Shown piece by piece: positions 38,162-48,277 of a DNA stretch of 64,000 bases (positions are counted from its first letter, which is position 1; each line of letters starts with the position of its first letter). A program made the position numbers and the translations under genes. Source of the stretch: an uncultured Trueperaceae bacterium (lineage in GTDB: Bacteria; Deinococcota; Deinococci; Deinococcales; Trueperaceae); NCBI GenBank assembly GCA_963727505.1, contig CAVSGP010000005.1:128001-192000 (forward strand), written 5' to 3'. A model generated the notes under the pieces. That model was not told the origin of the DNA and searched no databases. It was given only the letters and a program-made list of their open reading frames with translations.

Positions 38162-39784
38162 ATGGACGCCGAGAGCCTTCTCGAACGCGGCCGCACGGCG
38201 TACGGTCGCCAGCAGTGGGGGGAAGCCTACCGCTGCCTATCGGAGGCCGACCGCACCCTCGACCTAGCGGGCGAGGACCTGTGGCGCCTGGCGTTCGCCT
38301 CGGAGCTCGTCGGCCGGCCGAACGACCTGGTCGATGCGCTCGACCGCGCGCACCGTCGCTTCCTGGACGCCGGCGACCTGCCGGCGGCGGCCCGTTGCGC
38401 GTTCTGGTGCGGCTTCCGGCTCCTGGCACTGGGCGAGGTCGGGCCGGGGTCCGGGTGGCTCCGGCGCGCTCGCCGCTTCGTCGACCGCCATGGGCGCGCG
38501 TGCGTCGAGCAGGGGTATCTGATGCTCGCTGACGTTCAGCGACTCCTGGGAGCGAGCGATCTCGACACGGCCTTCGCCACCGCGGCCGAAGCTGCGGAGG
38601 TCGGCGAGCGCTTCGGCGACGCCGACCTGCACGCCTTCGCGCTCCATGCTCAGGGCATCGCACGCTTGCGTCAGACACGGCTGGCCGAAGGGCTGGCGTT
38701 GGTCGACGAGGCGATGGTCGCCGTCGTCACCCAGGCGACCATGCCGGTCATGACCGGGATCATCTACTGCTCCGTGATCTCCGCGTGTCACAACGTGTAC
38801 GCCCTGCGTCGCGCCCAGGAGTGGACCGAGGCGCTGGCGGCCTGGTGCGGCCGTCAGCCGGATCTCGTCCCGTTCGCGGGCAAGTGCATGGTGTACAGGG
38901 CGGAGATCGCGCAGCTGCGCGGGGCGTGGCCGGAGGCTCTCGAGGAGGCGCGGCTGGCCGTGGAACGGTGCGAACGCGGCTCCGAGGCCGACGGGGTGGC
39001 CGAGGCGGTCTATCAGCAGGGCGAGATCCACCGATTGCGCGGAACCTTCGCCGAGGCCGAGCGCGCCTATCACGAGGCCGCCCGACTCGGGCGGGATCCC
39101 CAGCCTGGTCTGGGTCTCTTGAGGCTTGCGCAGGGGAGGCGCGGTACGGCCGTCGCAGGGCTTCGTCGGGCGTTGCGCGAGCATCGGGATCGAACCCGGC
39201 GGGTGCGCATCCTCCCCGCGCTGATCGAGGCGCTGCTCGCCGCCGACGAACTGGATGCGGCGAGGGTGGCACTCGACGAGCTCGAGAGCACGGCGAAGGC
39301 CTACGAGGGGAGCGCGTTGACGACGGTCGCGGCGTACGGGCGCGGCGCGGTCGCGTTGGCCTCGGGCGACGCGCCGGCGGCCCTGGAAGCGCTACGCCAC
39401 GCCTGGCGTGGATGGCACGCCCTGGAGGCGCCCTACGAGGCCGCCCGCACGCGGGAGCTGGTGGCCCGTGCCTGCGCGGACCTGCAGGACGCCGAGACGG
39501 CGGCCCTCGAGCTCGAGGCCGCCCGCGAGGCCTACCGGCAGCTGGGCGCGGTCGTCGATCTGGAGCGACTGGAGGGGACGCCGGGCTCGCGCGCCGGCCT
39601 CACCGCGCGAGAGCTGGAGGTGCTCCGGTTGGTGGCGGTGGGCCACTCCAACAAGGCGATCGCGGGACGACTGGGCGTCAGCGGGCGCACCGTCGAACGG
39701 CATCTCAGCAACATCTTCGACAAGCTGGACGTGTCCTCTCGGTCCGCGGCGACGGCCTACGCCTTCGAGAACGGCCTCGCCTGA
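38162..39784 (+). CDS. LuxR-family regulator with TPR-like helical N-terminal region
   Basis: C-terminal LTARELEVLRLVAVGHSNKAIA..LGVSGRTVERHLSNIFDKL; alternative start 38126. Confidence 0.88.
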   Translation: MDAESLLERGRTAYGRQQWGEAYRCLSEADRTLDLAGEDLWRLAFASELVGRPNDLVDALDRAHRRFLDAGDLPAAARCAFWCGFRLLALGEVGPGSGWLRRARRFVDRHGRACVEQGYLMLADVQRLLGASDLDTAFATAAEAAEVGERFGDADLHAFALHAQGIARLRQTRLAEGLALVDEAMVAVVTQATMPVMTGIIYCSVISACHNVYALRRAQEWTEALAAWCGRQPDLVPFAGKCMVYRAEIAQLRGAWPEALEEARLAVERCERGSEADGVAEAVYQQGEIHRLRGTFAEAERAYHEAARLGRDPQPGLGLLRLAQGRRGTAVAGLRRALREHRDRTRRVRILPALIEALLAADELDAARVALDELESTAKAYEGSALTTVAAYGRGAVALASGDAPAALEALRHAWRGWHALEAPYEAARTRELVARACADLQDAETAALELEAAREAYRQLGAVVDLERLEGTPGSRAGLTARELEVLRLVAVGHSNKAIAGRLGVSGRTVERHLSNIFDKLDVSSRSAATAYAFENGLA

Positions 39785-39919
39785 ACCGACGTTACGGGAA
39801 ACCCCCATATCGGCTCGGGGCCCTGCGTGGTTCCACCGATGCGGCACCGCGCCGTCGGGCCCTAGCGTGACCCCGAGCGGGGCCGGCCGGCGGTCGGCGC
39901 TCGCCGAGGAGGCGCGTCG

Positions 39920-41413
39920 ATGGAACGCATCGTGGAGTGGGAAAGGAAGCGAGGGAACCGTCTCGAGCACGCCCTGGTGCTGGGTGGGGGCATGGCCGGT
40001 CTCTGTGCGGCCGCCGCGCTGGCCGAGCGAGCCGCGCGCGTCACCGTGGTGGAGCGCGACGTCCTCGCCCGCGTGGACGAGCCCCGCAAGGGGGTGCCAC
40101 AGGGGCGTCACCTGCACCTGTTGTTGCCCGCGGGGTTGGGGGCGTTGAACGCCCTCATCCCGGGACTCGAGGAGCGACTTCGGCTGGCCGATGCTCAGCT
40201 GCTCGACGCGGCAGCGGACTTCGCCATCCACGTGGACGGCGGCCGGCTGGCCCTGGCAGGGAGGAGCCCGGCCTTCCGCCTGGTGGGGGCCACCCGGCCG
40301 CTGGTCGAGGGGCTCGTGCGCGAGCGCGTGCGGTCCCTCCCGAACGTTCACCTTCGCGGCGGCCATGAGGTGCTGGGGCTGAGCGCCATCAGCGGCGGGC
40401 GCAGCGTCGACGGCGCGCTGGTCCGCCGCGCCCGGACGGACGATGCCGGGGAGCGGGTGGCGGCCGATCTGGTGGTCGATGCCACGGGTCGCGGCTCCCG
40501 TGCGCCGCGATGGCTCCGGGAGTTCGGATTCCGGCCCCCCACCGAGGAGCGCGTGCAGGTGGACGTGCGCTACACCACACGGCTGTTCCGGCGAGACCCT
40601 GCGGCGGGCCCCCGGCCCCGAGTCGTGATGGTCGCGATGCCGCCGGGAGGCCGTCGCGGCGCCGTGGCGCTCGCGGTCGAGGGCGACCGCTGGCAGGTGG
40701 TCCTCGCGGGGATCCTCGGCGAGCAGGCGCCGGGCGACCTGGAGGGCTTCCGAGCGTACGCCCGTTCGCTGTGGTGTGGCGATGTGGCCGACCTGATCGA
40801 CGATGCCGAACCGATCGGAGACGCCGTCACGGGCGCTTACCCCGCCAACACCCGGCGTCGCTACGACCGGCTGCGGCGCTTCCCGGAAAGCTTCGTGGTG
40901 ATCGGCGACGCGCTCTGCCCGCTCAATCCCCTCTACGCGCAGGGGATGAGCGTGGCGGCGCTGGAAGGGCTGGCGCTGGGGCGCGCGCTCGACGCTGTAG
41001 GCACCCGCAGGATCGGGCCGGCGTTCTTCCGTGCCACCCGAGGGCTCGTGGGGGGGTGCTGGACGCAGGCGGTGGACCAGGACCTGCGTCACCCGGACGT
41101 GCGAGGGCGCCGTTCGCTCCGCTGGCGTTTGCTCGGAGCGTACAGCGACCGCGTGACGCGGACCGCGCACCGGGATCCGGTCGTGGCGCGCGCCCTCTTC
41201 GAGGTCATGTGCCTCGTCGAGCCGGGGCCGAGCCTGATGCGCCCGCGCATCCTGCGCCGCGCCCTGTCTCGGCAAGGCGCGGCCGAGAGAGTGTCCGGCA
41301 CGACCCGGGGAGGGGCCCTGCCGCCGCAGTCTCGAGTCTCCGTGACGGTGCCGGCTCCCGACGCCCGCCCTACGTTCGGAGCGGAAGAACGCACCAAGGG
41401 GGAGAGCGCATGA
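39920..41413 (+). CDS. FAD-dependent oxidoreductase (monooxygenase/epoxidase-like)
   Basis: VLGGGMAGL, GVPQGRHLH, VDATGRGS, IGDALCPLNPLYAQGMS. Confidence 0.85.
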   Translation: MERIVEWERKRGNRLEHALVLGGGMAGLCAAAALAERAARVTVVERDVLARVDEPRKGVPQGRHLHLLLPAGLGALNALIPGLEERLRLADAQLLDAAADFAIHVDGGRLALAGRSPAFRLVGATRPLVEGLVRERVRSLPNVHLRGGHEVLGLSAISGGRSVDGALVRRARTDDAGERVAADLVVDATGRGSRAPRWLREFGFRPPTEERVQVDVRYTTRLFRRDPAAGPRPRVVMVAMPPGGRRGAVALAVEGDRWQVVLAGILGEQAPGDLEGFRAYARSLWCGDVADLIDDAEPIGDAVTGAYPANTRRRYDRLRRFPESFVVIGDALCPLNPLYAQGMSVAALEGLALGRALDAVGTRRIGPAFFRATRGLVGGCWTQAVDQDLRHPDVRGRRSLRWRLLGAYSDRVTRTAHRDPVVARALFEVMCLVEPGPSLMRPRILRRALSRQGAAERVSGTTRGGALPPQSRVSVTVPAPDARPTFGAEERTKGESA

Positions 41414-42549
41414 CCTTCACGCGCAAGCACGAGACGATCGACACGGTCGTGATCGGCGCCGGCCAGGCGGGCCTGGCAACCGGCTATCACCTGGCGCGCA
41501 GGGGGCTGGAGTTCGTGATCCTGGAGGCGAACGAGCGGGTCGGGGACAGCTGGCGTCGCCGCTGGGATTCGCTGCGGCTCTTCACGCCTGCTCGCTACGA
41601 CGGGCTGCCGGGGATGCGCTTCCCGGCGCCCGCCCACCACTACCCCACGAAGGACGAGATGGCGGAGTTCCTCGAAGCGTACGCCAGACACTTCGCGTTG
41701 CCGGTGCGGACCGGTGTGCGGGTCGAGCGCGTCGCCCCATCGGCCGCCGGGCTGCGCGTCCAGACCACCGAAGGAGTGATCGATGCCCGCCAGGTGGTCG
41801 TGGCCATGGCCAACTTCCAGCGGCCGTCCGCGCCGCCGTTCGCCGCCGACCTCGATCCCGGGATCCGGCAGCTCCACTCCCGCGACTACCGCAACCCCGA
41901 CCAGCTACGGGAAGGCGACGTGCTGGTGGTGGGCGCAGGCAACTCGGGCGCCGAGATCGCCCTCGACGTCGCCTCCGGGCACCGGACCTGGCTGTCCGGG
42001 CGCCCGACCGGCCAGATCCCCTTCGACATCGACACGGTGGCGGCGCGGCGCGTCTTGATCCCCCTGGTGGTACGCGCACTCTTCCATCACCTGCTGACGG
42101 TCGAGACGCCCATCGGTCGCAAGGCCCGGCCCGGGTTCGTCGGGAAGGGCGGTCCGCTGGTCCGCTCCAGCGGCCGTGATCTGAAGAGGGCGGGCGTGCA
42201 ACGCGTGCCGCGTACGATCGGCGTGCGCGACGGCCGGCCCGTGGTCGCCGACGGACGTGTCCTCGATGTGGCCAACGTCGTGTGGTGTACGGGCTACCGG
42301 GCCGGCTTCGACTGGATCGAAGCGCCGTTGCCCGACGAGCACGCGCTGACGCACCGGCACGGCCCCGAAACCGGCGTGCCCGGCCTGTACTTCGTGGGCC
42401 TGCACTTCCTGTACGCAGCCTCCTCGGCCATGGTGCAGGGCGCTGGGCGCGACGCCGAGAGGGTGGTACGCGCGGTCGCGGCGCGGGCTGCGGCGCGTGG
42501 CCCCGGTCAACCATCGGTGCCCCCGGCCGGCCTCCTCCGAGCGGGCTGA
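41410..42549 (+). CDS. Flavin-containing monooxygenase (class B, CzcO/YrdP-like)
   Basis: GAGQAG, RWDSLRLFTP, QLHSRDYRNP, GAGNSG, WCTGY. Confidence 0.88.
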   Translation: MTFTRKHETIDTVVIGAGQAGLATGYHLARRGLEFVILEANERVGDSWRRRWDSLRLFTPARYDGLPGMRFPAPAHHYPTKDEMAEFLEAYARHFALPVRTGVRVERVAPSAAGLRVQTTEGVIDARQVVVAMANFQRPSAPPFAADLDPGIRQLHSRDYRNPDQLREGDVLVVGAGNSGAEIALDVASGHRTWLSGRPTGQIPFDIDTVAARRVLIPLVVRALFHHLLTVETPIGRKARPGFVGKGGPLVRSSGRDLKRAGVQRVPRTIGVRDGRPVVADGRVLDVANVVWCTGYRAGFDWIEAPLPDEHALTHRHGPETGVPGLYFVGLHFLYAASSAMVQGAGRDAERVVRAVAARAAARGPGQPSVPPAGLLRAG

Positions 42550-42694
42550 CGCGGGGAGAAAGGGGCCACCGTCGGCGGCTGGTGCCGGTGGCCGTGCGCC
42601 GGGGCGGGCCGTGGCTGCGCCCACGCAGCAGGAGCAGCGCGCACCGCGCTCGCGGGACCACGGTAGCGCGCGTGGCTCGGGCCGTGGCCTCCGC

Positions 42695-43183
42695 TCAGAG
42701 GTGCTCGACGTCGAGCGGCCGGCCCACGACGCGCATGTCGTGGCGCGCGAACAGGTCGGCCATCGCCTCGGGCGAGCCCATGCCAGGCAGCGTGCTGGCC
42801 TCCTCGAAGAACGCCTCCATGGCACCTGCGGGCGTGAAGGCGATGATCATCCTGCCGGCGCCCGGCCCCAGGTGGGCCCAGCCGTGCGGGACCGCTCGAG
42901 GCGCGAGGACGCTGTCGCCGGGCCCGAGCCGGTGCAGGCGACCGTCCACCTCCACCGCGTAGCGGCCCTCGACGACGTAGAACCACTCGTCCTGGGACGG
43001 GTGCACGTGGCGAGGGGGACCGCCGAGGAAGGCGTTCGCCTGCTCGATGATGAGGCAGCCGCCGCCGGTGTCGGCAGCGGTCGCCTTCACGGTGAACGGC
43101 ATCACGCCGAAGACGCTGCGTTCGCGATCGTGACGATCGGCTCCTGCCGCCACCAGGATGCCTGCGGGACGCTCGTCGGTCAT
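42695..43183 (-). CDS. Cupin domain protein
   Basis: GPPRHVHPSQDEWFYVVEG...GPGD...PRAVPHGW; AGGAG RBS. Confidence 0.85.
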   Translation of the reverse strand: MTDERPAGILVAAGADRHDRERSVFGVMPFTVKATAADTGGGCLIIEQANAFLGGPPRHVHPSQDEWFYVVEGRYAVEVDGRLHRLGPGDSVLAPRAVPHGWAHLGPGAGRMIIAFTPAGAMEAFFEEASTLPGMGSPEAMADLFARHDMRVVGRPLDVEHL

Positions 43184-43448
43184 CCGGTTCTCCTGTGCGC
43201 CCCCAGCCGGCACGTCGATGCGCAGCCGGTGCCCGAAGCGTACGGCGCGGAACGCAGGTCCGGTGTGATGGACGCGGGCCGGGTCGGCAGAGCGATCCAC
43301 CGGCGTTGGCGCCGGTGCCGATCGCCTCTACCTGGCGCGTCGCGCCCCGTTACCATGCGATCCATGGAAGGGCGCTGGCGGTGACCCCGATCGACTCGGC
43401 AGGAAACTGCTCGACCGTCGCCGCGCCGGCAAGGCGCGTTGCTCTGGG

Positions 43449-44528
43449 ATGCGCTGGGAGCGCAGCGTGATCTTCACCTGGCTGCTCCTTCTGGCGCCGG
43501 TGTCGGTGGCGGCGAAGTACCTGCTGCACCTTCCCGAGCTGGTGGTGTTCGGGCTCGGCATCGTGGCGATCGTGCCGTTGGCCGAGTGGATCCGCCGCGC
43601 CACCGAGCAGCTCGCGCGCCTGACGGGGCCGGCCGTGGGCGGTCTGCTCAATGTCACCTTCGGCAACACCGCCGAGCTGGTGCTGGCGCTGTTCGTGCTG
43701 CAGGCGGGCCACACCGACGTGGTGAAGGCGCAGATCACCGGCTCCATCATCGGCAACTGTTTGCTGGGCTTCGGCCTGGCGGTGCTCATCGGGAGCTGGG
43801 GGCGGGAACGGCAGACCTTCAGCCGGGAGCGGGCGGGGCTTCTGTCCAGCCTGCTGGTGATATCGGTGCTGGGGCTGCTGGTTCCGGCACTGTTCGACAT
43901 CACCGAGCGCGGGGCGGGCGTTCCGAACGTGGCGGCGCTCGACGAGCGGCTCAGCCTGGGCGTTGCCGTGGTGCTGGTGCTCGTCTACGTGGGGAACCTC
44001 GTGTACACGTTGGTGACGCACCGCGACGTGTTCGCCCGGCACGAGGAGGAGCGTGCCGCGACCTGGACGCTGTGGGCGGCGCTGGGCGTGCTCCTCGGCG
44101 CCACCGCCGTGACGGCGCTCGAGGCCGAGCTGGTGTCGGGTGCGCTCGACGCCACGGCTGCCGGGCTCCACCTCACGCCCTTCTTCCTGGGCATCACCGT
44201 GCTGGCCGTGGTCGGGAACGCGGCCGAGTACATCTCCGCGGTGTACTTCGCCCGGCAGGACAGGATGGGGCTGGTGCTCTCCATCACCGTGGGCTCGAGC
44301 ATCCAGGTGGCCCTGCTGGTGGCGCCGCTGCTGGTGCTGGTGTCGTTCCTGATGGGCCGCCCCATGGACCTGGTCTTCGCCAATCCCCTCGAGCTCATCG
44401 CCATCGCCGGCGTCAGCTTCACCGTCAACGCCATCGCCAGCGACGGCGAGACCACCTGGTTCGAGGGCATGCTGCTGGTGGCGGTGTACGTGGTTCTCGG
44501 CCTGGCGTTCCTGTTCGCCGCGCCCTGA
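43449..44528 (+). CDS. Calcium/proton exchanger (CAX/ChaA family)
   Basis: Alpha-repeats [14 protein letters not shown] and [23 protein letters not shown]. Confidence 0.92.
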   Translation: MRWERSVIFTWLLLLAPVSVAAKYLLHLPELVVFGLGIVAIVPLAEWIRRATEQLARLTGPAVGGLLNVTFGNTAELVLALFVLQAGHTDVVKAQITGSIIGNCLLGFGLAVLIGSWGRERQTFSRERAGLLSSLLVISVLGLLVPALFDITERGAGVPNVAALDERLSLGVAVVLVLVYVGNLVYTLVTHRDVFARHEEERAATWTLWAALGVLLGATAVTALEAELVSGALDATAAGLHLTPFFLGITVLAVVGNAAEYISAVYFARQDRMGLVLSITVGSSIQVALLVAPLLVLVSFLMGRPMDLVFANPLELIAIAGVSFTVNAIASDGETTWFEGMLLVAVYVVLGLAFLFAAP

Positions 44529-44683
44529 CCGGCCCGTTCGCGGGAGCCCCCCCTTTGGACGCTCGGCGTTGTGCCCAACGCCCGCGACGGTGATGTCTGG
44601 CAGCGCTAGATTGGATGCAGGTCCCCTGTCACAACCTTTCCCTTCACCTCGCTGGTTCCTCGGGGACCGGAAGGAGCGTCGGC

Positions 44684-45052
44684 ATGCGCTTCACACGACG
44701 TTGGATGGTAGTGGTGAGCCTGGTGGCGGGCGCGTGGCTCTTCTTCTCGCCGTGGCTGCTCGGATACACCGAGGTGGCGGTTGCATCCTGGATGTCGTAC
44801 GTACTCGGGGCCGCGATCGTGGCGGCTGCGCTTTGGACGATGATGGCGAAGGCGGCGCGGGCCGCCGAGTTGATCCTGGCGATGGTCGGTGTACTGACGT
44901 TCGCGTCGCCGTGGCTGCTCGGGCTCATGGCCGAGCCGGCGGCGCGCATGGTGGCCTGGTTCGCTGGCGCGGTGGTCGCCCTGGCCGCCTTGTGGGTGGC
45001 GATGGGCCAGCGCCGGGAGCGGGGTCCGGAACGTCGCCGCCCCGTCGCCTGA
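44684..45052 (+). CDS. SPW-repeat integral membrane protein
   Basis: Two SPW motifs (WLFFSPWLLG, FASPWLLG), four TM helices, AAGGAG RBS. Confidence 0.8.
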   Translation: MRFTRRWMVVVSLVAGAWLFFSPWLLGYTEVAVASWMSYVLGAAIVAAALWTMMAKAARAAELILAMVGVLTFASPWLLGLMAEPAARMVAWFAGAVVALAALWVAMGQRRERGPERRRPVA

Positions 45053-45121
45053 GCGATCCGCCACCTGAGCGACCCGCGCTCGCAGTCCGGACGCCGCGCC
45101 CTGACGAGAGGACGGTGCAGC

Positions 45122-46102
45122 GTGCTGCAAGTCGAGATCCCACGCGTCGGCGAGATCCGCCTGGTCGAGGTCGAGCCGGCCGCGCCGGCTCCGGAGGAGG
45201 CCCGGGTCCGCGTCGAGGCCATCGGCATCTGCGGTTCCGACCTCCACGCCCTCCGCGGCGAGCACCCCTTCGTGAGCTACCCCGTGTGGCCGGGCCACGA
45301 ACTGGTCGGTACGGTCGAGGCCGTCGGGGTGGCCGCCGACCGGGCGCTGATCGGCGTCCGGGTGGCGCTCGAGCCCTCGCTGCCCTGCGGCCACTGCCGC
45401 ACGTGCCGCGAGGGTCGCTACAACATCTGCGAGAACCTCCGCGTTCTCGGCTTCCAGGCTCCCGGTGGTATGGCGGAGACCTTCGTGGTCGCCGCCGGGC
45501 GGTTGCACCCCTTGCCCGACGGGCTGTCGGTCGAGGGGGGCGCGTTGGTGGAGCCGATGGCGGTGGCGGTGCACGCCGCACGCCTTCCCGGGCCGCTGGC
45601 GTCGCTTCGCGTCGGCGTGGTGGGGGCGGGGACCATCGGGCTGCTCACCGGCGTAGCCGCGCTCGCCTACGGAGCTGCGACCGTCACCGTGGCCGACCCG
45701 CTCGAGCCAAGGCGCAACGTCGCCGCGGCCCTCGGCCTCCGCGCGGAGCCGTCGCTTTCCGAGGGGAGCTGCGATGTGGTGTTCGAGTGCGTGGGCAACG
45801 AGTCCGCCTTGCGAGCATCGGTCGACGCCGCGGCCAAGGGCGGCACGATCGTGGTGGCCGGCGTCTACGGCACGGATCCGCGGGTGCAGGCTGGCCTGGT
45901 CCAGGACCGCGAGCTCCGCCTCCAGGGCAGCCTGATGTACGTGTCCTCGGACGTGCGCGACGCCATCCGTTTGCTGGCCGAGGGGCGGGTCGACCCGGGT
46001 CGGATGATCACGCACCGCTTCGCGCTGACGGAGGCCGAAGAAGCCTTCCGGGTGGCCGGCGCCCGAGGGGAGGCGCTGAAGGTGCTGCTGGTTCCGGCCT
46101 AG
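45122..46102 (+). CDS. Zinc-dependent alcohol dehydrogenase (sorbitol/threonine DH-like MDR)
   Basis: GICGSDLH, GHE, CGHCRTC...C, GAGTIG. Confidence 0.9.
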   Translation: MLQVEIPRVGEIRLVEVEPAAPAPEEARVRVEAIGICGSDLHALRGEHPFVSYPVWPGHELVGTVEAVGVAADRALIGVRVALEPSLPCGHCRTCREGRYNICENLRVLGFQAPGGMAETFVVAAGRLHPLPDGLSVEGGALVEPMAVAVHAARLPGPLASLRVGVVGAGTIGLLTGVAALAYGAATVTVADPLEPRRNVAAALGLRAEPSLSEGSCDVVFECVGNESALRASVDAAAKGGTIVVAGVYGTDPRVQAGLVQDRELRLQGSLMYVSSDVRDAIRLLAEGRVDPGRMITHRFALTEAEEAFRVAGARGEALKVLLVPA

Positions 46103-46118
46103 CGAAGGTCGTGGGCGC

Positions 46119-48029
46119 TCAGCCGGCCAGGAACGGCACGTGCCAGTACACCAGGAAGGGCAGGAACAGCGCCGCCGCGACCGCGACCACCACGGCCACG
46201 GTCGTGCGCGGAGCGCGGGCGCTGCGGTGCGCCAGCAAGATGAGCACGGCCAGGGCGACCGCCAGCCCGCCGCTGAGCGCCGACAGGACGCGCAGGCCTG
46301 CGGCCAGCGGTTGCAGGGACAGCCCGTCGGGTTGGTAGAGCCCGAGGAGGAAAGCGATCGCGACCGTCATCCCTGCGAGCAACGCCAGGTCCACCAGGCT
46401 GACGAGCGCTTGCGTGAGGCGGAGAAGGCCGGCCGCGCGGTTCCGTCGAGGGTTGCTCTCGGACCGGCGGGCGCGCCCACCCAGGACATCTCCGTGGCCG
46501 TCGGCACGGCGCCGTCGGCGCGGCAGCACGCTCAGCAGCAGGCCCTCGCCGAACGCGATCAGGAAGAACACCGCGGCGCCGAGCTGGACCCAGGGGCTGG
46601 CGTACCACGGTGCCGGCCGGTCGCTGCTGCCGGGCAGGAGCAGCGACGGGTCGCTGGCGGGACCAGGGTCGACGGTCTGGCCCGCGGGCGGCGCCGGCGG
46701 CATCGCGGCGCCTGTCCGAGCCAGGAGCCCGGGTGTCGCCGAGGCCACCGCCAGCGGGGCGGCGGCCGCGGGCCCGCTGGCGAAGGCGCCGCCGGCGACC
46801 GGCGCCAGGCTGCGGACGACGGTGGTCGTCCACCCGACGACCACCGAGCGGTAGGTGGGGTCGGCGGCGCGACGGGCATTGGCGAGCGCGCTACCGGGAT
46901 CGCCGCCGGCTCCGGCACCTTCCGCCCCTTGGTCGGTCCGTGCCAGCACGGTGACGTGGTCGAGAGGTTGATCGCGGTTCTGGGCGGCCTTCAGGAGCGC
47001 GACGGTGGGCTTCACGCCGGGGGCCGTGGGATCGAGGTCGTCGTACACCAGCAGGGTCGGTGCCCTCGCCTGCTTCAGCGCGTCGGCGGGCGTGCTGGAG
47101 GGGTCGTCCTTCAGGAAGCCGAGCTGGCTGTGTGGCAGGAGTGCTGCCAGCACCGGACGGGCGCTCACCAGCAGCCGCACGCCCCGCATGGCGGCGTCCG
47201 CGGCGACGGGGGAGTAGCCCTTGGCACGCACAGCGTCTCCCGCCCGCCAGACCTCCTCCTGACCGAGGGGGGAAGCGGAGGTGTTGAGGAGGATGAGGAA
47301 CGCGACGTCGGCGTGCTCCCCCACGAAGGGGGCCAGCCAGGCGCCCTGGCCAACGCCCCAGACGCCGACCCGCGAGGGATCGACACCGGGTTGTCGGCGC
47401 ACCGCCGCGACGGCGGCGACCGCGTCGCCCACCTCGTCGATCGGGTTCAGTGAGCGGCGCCAGTCGCCGGACGAGGAGCCCGTTCCACGCTTGTCGTAGG
47501 CGTATGCGGCGATGCCGTGGGAGGCGAAGAGACGGGCGTCGGAGGCGGCATGTTCGCGTCCGCTGTTGCCGCGCCCGGGGAGCAGCACCACGGCCGGGAA
47601 GGGGCCCGGACCGGCAGGCAGGAGTAGCGTGCCCGTGAGCGTCACGGTGCCGTTGCGAACATCGAGTCGCCGCGCCATGGCGGGGCCGGTCGGCGTGGCG
47701 CGGCGCGTCACGGCCGTCGGCGTCGGAGCAGATGAGTCCGACGGCGCGCCGGATACCGGATCGAGCGTGCTGGTGACGTCCGTCCCGGCTCCGCCACCGG
47801 TCGACGCGCCACCGGAGTGAGCGGGAGTGACCACCGCGGCGAAGGGGTCGGTCGTGGCGGCGCCGTCGCTCCCCGCCGCGTTCTCAGGCGCCTGGGCAGG
47901 GCTGCGCGCGCCCATGGCCCAGGTGATCGCCAGCGCGATCGCAAGGGCGACGAGGGTCGCTCCGGTGCGCCGTCGCCACGCTGTGACGTGTTCGCGACGG
48001 AGCGGGCTCCGAGAGTTGGCAAGACGCAA
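46119..48029 (-). CDS. Membrane-anchored alpha/beta-hydrolase-fold protein with degenerate catalytic triad
   Basis: GTLLLPAGPGPFPAVV, YDKRGTGSS; elbow GVGQG (no Ser); TDQG at the His position; N-terminal TM and C-terminal TM helices; GGAGG RBS before TTG 48029. Confidence 0.75.
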   Translation of the reverse strand: MRLANSRSPLRREHVTAWRRRTGATLVALAIALAITWAMGARSPAQAPENAAGSDGAATTDPFAAVVTPAHSGGASTGGGAGTDVTSTLDPVSGAPSDSSAPTPTAVTRRATPTGPAMARRLDVRNGTVTLTGTLLLPAGPGPFPAVVLLPGRGNSGREHAASDARLFASHGIAAYAYDKRGTGSSSGDWRRSLNPIDEVGDAVAAVAAVRRQPGVDPSRVGVWGVGQGAWLAPFVGEHADVAFLILLNTSASPLGQEEVWRAGDAVRAKGYSPVAADAAMRGVRLLVSARPVLAALLPHSQLGFLKDDPSSTPADALKQARAPTLLVYDDLDPTAPGVKPTVALLKAAQNRDQPLDHVTVLARTDQGAEGAGAGGDPGSALANARRAADPTYRSVVVGWTTTVVRSLAPVAGGAFASGPAAAAPLAVASATPGLLARTGAAMPPAPPAGQTVDPGPASDPSLLLPGSSDRPAPWYASPWVQLGAAVFFLIAFGEGLLLSVLPRRRRRADGHGDVLGGRARRSESNPRRNRAAGLLRLTQALVSLVDLALLAGMTVAIAFLLGLYQPDGLSLQPLAAGLRVLSALSGGLAVALAVLILLAHRSARAPRTTVAVVVAVAAALFLPFLVYWHVPFLAG

Positions 48030-48178
48030 GGTAGGCCTCCCGCGGTTGTCGGTGCTCCGAGCATAGAACGGGAACCCGGCGTCGGGCCGGTGGCCAGTCA
48101 CCCCGATTACACGAGGTTGCGGCGGGCGCGGCCCGGAGTGCGGCCGGTCGCTCGAAGTCTGGTACGTGACCTGGGTCC

Positions 48179-48207
48179 TTGACAACGACCGGGGGTTGTC
48201 ACATTAT
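48179..48207 (+). promoter_or_regulatory. Promoter with inverted repeat upstream of SPW-TetR
   Basis: TTGACA-17 bp-CATTAT; TGACAAC-N8-GTTGTCA (48180-48201) overlaps the -35 and spacer; AT-rich patch. Confidence 0.55.
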
Positions 48208-48277
48208 TTAACTACCTGGTCAGGGAAAGAGCTGATCAGACGTAGATACTGGAACTGGAACCGAAAGGAGCCTCCTT

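Noticed and set aside
44627..48203. Shared TGTCACA upstream of both SPW genes as ECF41-type promoters
   Set aside because: The expected CGTC -10 at 16-bp spacing is missing in both; in the second case the word is part of an inverted repeat.
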